DNA of 64,000 bases, taken from assembly GCA_964522195.1 (NCBI GenBank), contig CAZFSV010000003.1, positions 29,575 through 93,574 of the forward strand, in the 5' to 3' direction. Source of the stretch: an uncultured Candidatus Saccharibacteria bacterium (GTDB lineage: Bacteria; Patescibacteriota; Minisyncoccia; Phycocordibacterales; UBA9973). Positions 58,896-64,000 of this stretch are shown here, in pieces. Both the position numbers and the translations under genes were made by a program. Below the pieces are notes generated by a model. The model was given only the letters and a program-made list of their open reading frames with translations. It did not search any database and had not been told where the DNA came from. Numbering within the stretch: the stretch's first letter is position 1; every line of letters starts with the position of its first letter.

Positions 58896-58949
58896 ATTCC
58901 TAAAAAAGTTATATAATAAAAGTATTATTATTATTAAAAATTAAATTTT

Positions 58950-59327
58950 ATGTTAAACGATTTTAAGCAATTTTTATTAAGAGGTAATGTTGTGGATCTT
59001 GCTGTGGGTGTTGTTATTGGTACTGCTTTTGGTAGTGTAGTTTCTTCACTCGTGGCTGATTTATTAACTCCTTTAATTTCAGCAATTGCAAAGTTGCCTG
59101 ATTTTAGTGGACTTAATTTTACTTTAAATGGTAGTACTTTTAAATATGGTAATTTTATAAATGTTTTAATTTCTTTTATTATGGTTGCAGGTGCTATATT
59201 CTTTTTTGTAGTAAAACCAATGAATATTTTAGTGAATAAAATGAAAAAAGAAAAACCAGCAGATGCTCCCAAAGGTCCTTCTGAAGTAGAGTTGTTGCAA
59301 GAAATTAGAGATTTGTTAAAAAAATAA
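58950..59327 (+). CDS. mscL: Large-conductance mechanosensitive channel
   Basis: FKQFLLRGNVVDLAVGVVIG, YGNFI, LLQEIRDLL. Confidence 0.97.
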   Translation: MLNDFKQFLLRGNVVDLAVGVVIGTAFGSVVSSLVADLLTPLISAIAKLPDFSGLNFTLNGSTFKYGNFINVLISFIMVAGAIFFFVVKPMNILVNKMKKEKPADAPKGPSEVELLQEIRDLLKK

Positions 59328-59399
59328 TATTTTTAAAATAAAAGACCTCAAAGAAAATGAGGTTTTTTATTTTTAGTATTTATAGTAAACTTATAAAAT

Positions 59400-60059
59400 A
59401 TGAAGAATTATAAATATTTAACTTATATTACTGTTTTTTTTGTTTCGGTTTTAATGATATCTAATATTGTTTCTGTTAAAATTATTGATTTTGGACTTTT
59501 TACTTTTGATGCAGGGACTTTGCTTTTCCCATTATCTTATATTTTTGGAGATATTTTAACTGAAGTGTATGGTTATAAAAAAACTAAAGAAGTTATTTGG
59601 TTAGGTTTCTTTATGGCTTTCTTTATGTCTTTAGTCTTTATTTTAGTAGCTTATTTGCCACCAGCTTCTGATTGGACTTTGAATGAAGATTATAAAAATA
59701 TTTTAGGCGCTGCTCCTAGGATTGTTTTTGCTTCTTTGATAGCTTATTTATTAGGGTCTTTTTCAAATTCTATAATTTTAGCTAAGATGAAAATTTGGAC
59801 TAATGGTCGTAAGCTTTGGGCAAGAACGATAGGATCAACTTTAGTAGGAGAATTAATAGATAGCACTTTATTTATTTTAATAGCATTTTTGGGTGTTTTA
59901 CCATCATCTCTTCTTTTGACTTTAATAATTTCAAATTATATTTTTAAAAGTTTAGTTGAGATATTATTTACTCCTTTGACTTATAAAGTAGTCAATTTTT
60001 TGAAAAAAGCTGAAGGAGAAGATTATTTTGATAAAGAAACTAAATTTAATATTTTATAA
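59400..60059 (+). CDS. Queuosine precursor transporter (YhhQ/VUT family)
   Basis: SNIVSVK, FPLSYIFGDILTEVYG, RIVFASLIAY, RTIGSTLVGELIDS. Confidence 0.9.
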   Translation: MKNYKYLTYITVFFVSVLMISNIVSVKIIDFGLFTFDAGTLLFPLSYIFGDILTEVYGYKKTKEVIWLGFFMAFFMSLVFILVAYLPPASDWTLNEDYKNILGAAPRIVFASLIAYLLGSFSNSIILAKMKIWTNGRKLWARTIGSTLVGELIDSTLFILIAFLGVLPSSLLLTLIISNYIFKSLVEILFTPLTYKVVNFLKKAEGEDYFDKETKFNIL

Positions 60060-60061
60060 AA

Positions 60062-60652
60062 ATGTTAGAATTTTTTGATATTCCTTATATTATTACAACT
60101 TATGGCTATGCCGGTATTTTTATAATTGTATTTTTAGAATCAGGAATATTTTTTGCATTACCAGGAGATTCTTTGCTTTTTGTTGCAGGGCTTTTGACTA
60201 TTTCTGGAATTTTAAATATTTATCTTTTAATACCTCTAATTTTTATTTCTACTTTTTTTGGAGGAGTTGCTGGCTTTCATATTGGAAAACATTTGCACGG
60301 TTTAAGAAAATTTTATATTTTTAGAAAAATTTTAAAAGAAAAATATATTAATCAAACTCATGATTTTTTTGATAAATATGGAAAAATTGCTATTTTAATT
60401 TCTCGCTTTGTTCCTATTGTTAGGACTTTTGTCCCTATTATTGCTGGTATTGCAAAAATGGATTATTTAAAATTTTTAAAATATAATTTAATTTCTTCAA
60501 TGCTTTGGGCAACCATTGTGCCATTGGTTGGATATTCTTTAGGTTTAATTTTTCCAGAAATTAAAAATTATTTATCTTATTTAATTATCTTGGTTGTTTT
60601 GATTTCTATATTGCCAGCTATAATAGAATTTTTTAGACAAAAAAAGTCTTAA
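60062..60652 (+). CDS. DedA family protein
   Basis: FLESG..LPGDSLLFVAG, RFVPIVRTF. Confidence 0.93.
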   Translation: MLEFFDIPYIITTYGYAGIFIIVFLESGIFFALPGDSLLFVAGLLTISGILNIYLLIPLIFISTFFGGVAGFHIGKHLHGLRKFYIFRKILKEKYINQTHDFFDKYGKIAILISRFVPIVRTFVPIIAGIAKMDYLKFLKYNLISSMLWATIVPLVGYSLGLIFPEIKNYLSYLIILVVLISILPAIIEFFRQKKS

Positions 60653-61496
60653 GAAATTTAATAATTTTATTTTTTTCTTGAGGCAAAAACCAATGTATTT
60701 CTTTGTCTTTTTTAAACCAAGTTAATTGTCTTTTGGCATATTGATTTGATTTTAGAATTACAGATTCTACCTTAGGATTATAATATTCAAAACCAAACTC
60801 TTTTAATTTTTGATCAGTAATTCCAATTTTCTTTAAATTTTCTATCTCAGTTAAAAGCCCATCCTTAAACATTTTTTTAACCCTTTTTGTGATTTTTTGA
60901 TTTATTTCTTCTTTAGGTAAATTAAGTCCGATTTTAATAAATTCATATTCACTTGGCGGTTTTACCGCCAAGTGAGGTACTTTTCCTAAAGCTTCTACTA
61001 TTTCTATAGCTCGAATTAATCTAACATTGTTTTTTGCATCAATACTTAAAGCTCTTTCTTTGTCTAAAGAAAGTAGTGTTTTATAATTTTCTTCCGGAGA
61101 ATTTTTACTTAGTTCTTCTCTTAATTTTAAATTCGCTGGTACAGCAGGTAAAATAAAATTCTTTACAACAGCATCAATATAAAATCCAGTTCCTCCGCAA
61201 ATGATAGGAGTTTTGCCTCGTTTTATGATCTCTTTTATCTTATTTAAAGCGTATTTTTGATACATAACTACGCTATAAGTTTTTTTAGGACTTACTAGAT
61301 CTAGGCCGTGATGGGGAATACCTTCCATTTCTTTTGTTGTAATTTTACCTGTACCGATATCAAGGTATTTATAAACCTGTCGTGAATCAGCTGAAATAAC
61401 CTCGCCTTTATAAAGTTTGGCAATTTTAACAGATAAAGAACTTTTCCCAACTCCGGTAGGTCCTAAAATTATTAAAACTTTATTTTTAGCTTTCAT
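60633..61496 (-). CDS. miaA: tRNA dimethylallyltransferase
   Basis: GPTGVGKS, ISADSRQVY, IGTGK, GGTGFY, YAKRQLTWF. Confidence 0.96.
   Translation of the reverse strand: MKAKNKVLIILGPTGVGKSSLSVKIAKLYKGEVISADSRQVYKYLDIGTGKITTKEMEGIPHHGLDLVSPKKTYSVVMYQKYALNKIKEIIKRGKTPIICGGTGFYIDAVVKNFILPAVPANLKLREELSKNSPEENYKTLLSLDKERALSIDAKNNVRLIRAIEIVEALGKVPHLAVKPPSEYEFIKIGLNLPKEEINQKITKRVKKMFKDGLLTEIENLKKIGITDQKLKEFGFEYYNPKVESVILKSNQYAKRQLTWFKKDKEIHWFLPQEKNKIIKFLKTFFV
60950..60974. repeat. Perfect 11-bp GC-rich palindrome inside miaA
   Basis: CACTTGGCGGT-TTT-ACCGCCAAGTG, encoding HLAVKPPS. Confidence 0.75.
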
Positions 61497-62824
61497 TAGT
61501 TTTTGATGATTTTTATGTCTGCACCAAGAGAGTTTAGTCTTTCTGCTATTTCTTCGTAACCACGATTTATCATATAAACATTACGAAGAATAGAAACCCC
61601 ATTTGCGCCAAGCATAGCTATCAAGATAACCACAGAAGGACGTAATGCAGGAGGGCAGACAACTTGAGCGGGTTTCAATTTTGTAGGTCCTTCTATATAA
61701 ACTCTATGTGGGTCGGCTAAAGTTACATTTCCCCCAAGGCGATTTAATTCTGCAAAATATATAGCACGGTTCTCATAAACCCAATCATGAATCATAGTTT
61801 TTCCTGTTGCCACAAGAGCAATAGGGGCAAAAAATGGTAAGTTATCCATATTTATTCCAGGGTATGGGTTTGCATGGATTTTGTCTTCCAAGGCTTTTAA
61901 TTTAGAAGGAAAAATTTCTATATCTACTAAATTTGTCCTACCGTTATATGATTTATAAACTTTACCTAATTTAAATCGGAGTCCCATACGGCGTAATTTT
62001 TCAAGTTCTAAAGAAAGAAAATCAATAGGAGAGCGAAGTATTTTTATATTTGAATTTGTTACTATTCCAGCTGAAATAAACATCATAGATTCTATTGGAT
62101 CTTCACTGTTGGTGTATTCTATATCTTGGTTTATTTCCTTAACTCCGTGAACTATAAGTTTTGAACTTCCAATACCTTCTATTTTTACACCCAAGGACTC
62201 TAAAAAGAAACAAATTTCTTGTACCATATAATTTGCACTTGCAAAAGATATAGTAGTTTTTCCAGGTATTAGTGCTGAAGCGGTTAAAATATTTTCACAA
62301 GCAGTATCTCCAGCTTCATACATAACTATATTATTAGCTTTTAGTTTAGTGTTATTTATTTCATAACTATTATTTGTAGTTTTTATTTTAACACCTAGTT
62401 CGTTTAATGCATAAGTGTGAGCTGAGATTGTTCTTTTACCTAAATTACAACCTGAAGCGTGAGGTATAGAAAAATTTTTTAAATAATGGATTAAAGGACC
62501 TATTATCATTATAATAGAGCGTGTTTTGATTGCTGATTCTGTATTAATACTTTTTAAGTTAAAAATTTCTGGAGGAGTAATTATTAAAGAATTATTTTTA
62601 ATCCATTTTACAGAAACCCCAATACTTTCTAGAATTTCTATAACACGATAAACTTCTTCTATTCGTGCGATACCGTGCAAAGTCGTTTTACCACGATTAA
62701 GTAGGGAAGCACAAAGAAGCCCTACTGAGCCATTTTTGGAAAAATTAGTAGTAATAGAACCTGATAATTTCCTGCCTCCATTTACTTCAAAATCTATTGA
62801 GTTGTATTTTGTATTTTTTGACAT
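61496..62824 (-). CDS. murA: UDP-N-acetylglucosamine 1-carboxyvinyltransferase
   Basis: SKN, GCNLGKR, PYPG, YENR, RGYE. Confidence 0.93.
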   Translation of the reverse strand: MSKNTKYNSIDFEVNGGRKLSGSITTNFSKNGSVGLLCASLLNRGKTTLHGIARIEEVYRVIEILESIGVSVKWIKNNSLIITPPEIFNLKSINTESAIKTRSIIMIIGPLIHYLKNFSIPHASGCNLGKRTISAHTYALNELGVKIKTTNNSYEINNTKLKANNIVMYEAGDTACENILTASALIPGKTTISFASANYMVQEICFFLESLGVKIEGIGSSKLIVHGVKEINQDIEYTNSEDPIESMMFISAGIVTNSNIKILRSPIDFLSLELEKLRRMGLRFKLGKVYKSYNGRTNLVDIEIFPSKLKALEDKIHANPYPGINMDNLPFFAPIALVATGKTMIHDWVYENRAIYFAELNRLGGNVTLADPHRVYIEGPTKLKPAQVVCPPALRPSVVILIAMLGANGVSILRNVYMINRGYEEIAERLNSLGADIKIIKN

Positions 62825-62866
62825 ATTTAAAATAATTTTATCAGAAAAAGTCTTTTAAATCAAAGA

Positions 62867-63220
62867 GGCCCTGAACTTAAGTCCAGGGCCATTTTTATGT
62901 ATTTTACTTGTAAGTTCAGGCTTGGCCTGTTGCAAAAGTTAAAATACTTCTTTTTATTTAATTTGGGATGAGCAAATTATTTTTATAAAATTTTTTATAA
63001 AATTTCTCCTTTCAAAAATTAAGATTATTTTCATTAATAAACTTAAGCCATTTTTTAATTTATGAGAAATTTATTCTCCTTTTTTGGCTTGTAAATTAAG
63101 CTTTATCTTATTTTTTCCATTTAAAATGGTATAAAATAATAATATAAATAATAATCCACCTTCTCCCTGTAAAGAACTGTATATCTCTTATACTATAGCA
63201 TTTTTATAAAATAAAGTCAA
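62867..63220 (-). other. Promoter, boxA-like motif and terminator unit with no intact ORF
   Basis: Minus strand TTGACT-17-TATAGT (63220-63192), AGTTCTTTACA, terminator 62867-62890; only stop-riddled frames lie between. Confidence 0.45.
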
Positions 63221-63287
63221 GTGCTTAATTAAAATAAATAAATTCAATACAAAAAAGACTTAATTTAAATTAAGTCTTTTTTGTATG

Positions 63288-63369
63288 TGCCGGAGGAGAG
63301 AATCGAACTCTCACACCTTGCGATACACGATTTTGAGTCGTGCGCGTCTACCAATTCCGCCACTCCGGC
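63288..63369 (-). tRNA. tRNA-Leu(CAA)
   Basis: Reverse complement GCCGGAG..CACGA-CTCAAAA-TCGTG..CTCCGGC-A. Confidence 0.96.
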
Positions 63370-63373
63370 TATT

Positions 63374-63482
63374 TGCAAAATATACTTTGTATTTTGCATT
63401 TTGTAAACAAAACCATAGCCGGAGTGTCGGCCTCCTTAGGATGAAAATCAAAGCAGTTTGATTTTCATCCACTCCGGCTATT
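63374..63482 (-). repeat. Leader element with direct and inverted copies of the tRNA-Leu(CAA) 5' end
   Basis: CCACTCCGGCTATT at 63360-63373 and 63469-63482; inverted ATAGCCGGAGTG at 63415-63426; hairpin GGATGAAAATCAAA/TTTGATTTTCATCC. Confidence 0.8.
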
Positions 63483-63535
63483 ATTTTTCTTTTCCACATT
63501 TTAACTTTATCAGAAATTTATGCTAAAATCAATTT

Positions 63536-64000
63536 ATGTCTAACTTATATTCAAATTCAATTTTCTGGATCGATACAGATAAAATAAAACCAAACCCTTA
63601 TCAACCTCGTCGTGAATTCGATGAGGCTAAACTTTTAGAGCTTGCTGATTCCATCAAGCAATACGGAGTCTTACAACCTTTAACAGTTTCAAGAATAGAG
63701 AAAGAAAAAGAAGATGGAGGATTAGTAACAGAATATGAATTAATTGCAGGAGAGAGAAGATTGCGTGCTTCGATAATTGCCAAAGTAGCTCAAGTCCCAG
63801 TAATTATTAGAATGGGAGATAATTCTTTGATGAAGTTAGAGCTTGCTATTTTAGAGAATTTACAAAGAGAAGATTTGAATGCTGTTGATCGAGCAAGAGC
63901 ATTTTTTAGATTAGTAAATGAATTTAAATTTACTCATGCTGAAGTTGCAAAGAAAATGGGACGCAGTCGTGAATATGTTTCTAATTCTTTGCGAATTTTA
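63536..64000 (+). CDS. parB: ParB/Spo0J partition protein, 3'-truncated by the window edge
   Basis: Hand translation: IKPNPYQPRREF, GVLQPL, IAGERRLRA, ENLQREDLN, GRSREYVSNSLR. Confidence 0.93.
   Translation, partial: MSNLYSNSIFWIDTDKIKPNPYQPRREFDEAKLLELADSIKQYGVLQPLTVSRIEKEKEDGGLVTEYELIAGERRLRASIIAKVAQVPVIIRMGDNSLMKLELAILENLQREDLNAVDRARAFFRLVNEFKFTHAEVAKKMGRSREYVSNSLRIL

Noticed and set aside
4983-59272. Numerous short antisense or alternate-frame ORFs in the track (e.g. 8088-8537, 14501-14938, 30261-30683, 40106-40486, 46570-46857, 58934-59272)
   Set aside because: They are shadows of well-supported genes and have no recognisable motifs
63311-63783. ORFs 63311-63499 (-) and 63601-63783 (-)
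   Set aside because: They overlap tRNA-Leu and are antisense to parB, respectively
1-64000. Stop-codon recoding (code 25 or 4)
   Set aside because: Conserved genes translate full length in code 11, TGA ends the 1846-2379 gene, and tRNA-Trp has a normal CCA anticodon; the TAA at 49987 is an isolated case

Overview
AT-rich bacterial chromosome segment in standard code 11. Gene content points to Patescibacteria/CPR (Parcubacteria, Nomurabacteria-like); this assignment is inferred, not searched. It carries core genes: gyrA 3' part, rbfA/infB, clpB, typA, mltG, mnmA, alaS, the infA-rpmJ-rpsM-rpsK-rpsD-rpoA-rplQ-rplM-rpsI block, grpE, rsmE, dnaJ, speB, ddl-alr, rpmG, metK with a SAM-I riboswitch, a Pif1-like helicase, mscL, miaA, murA and the parB 5' part. 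It also has seven tRNAs, six tandem VirB2/TrbC-like pilin genes and a VirD4-like coupling ATPase. The most unusual structure is non-coding. (1) Three orphan-gene cassettes lie downstream of tRNA-Trp, delimited by 29-nt degenerate copies of the tRNA 3' end. Each has a near-identical promoter, a boxA-like motif, a structurally conserved leader hairpin and its own terminator, and no integrase is present in the window. (2) A family of structured elements beside tRNA genes carries direct and antisense copies of the adjacent tRNA end. (3) Many genes look leaderless, with a -10 box 6 nt before the start codon, whereas orphan genes have boxA-like leaders. (4) GC-rich palindromes sit in frame inside mnmA, grpE and miaA. 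(5) There is a candidate stand-alone sRNA. No CRISPR array, rRNA, transposase or integrase was seen. All coordinates and counts were made by hand.
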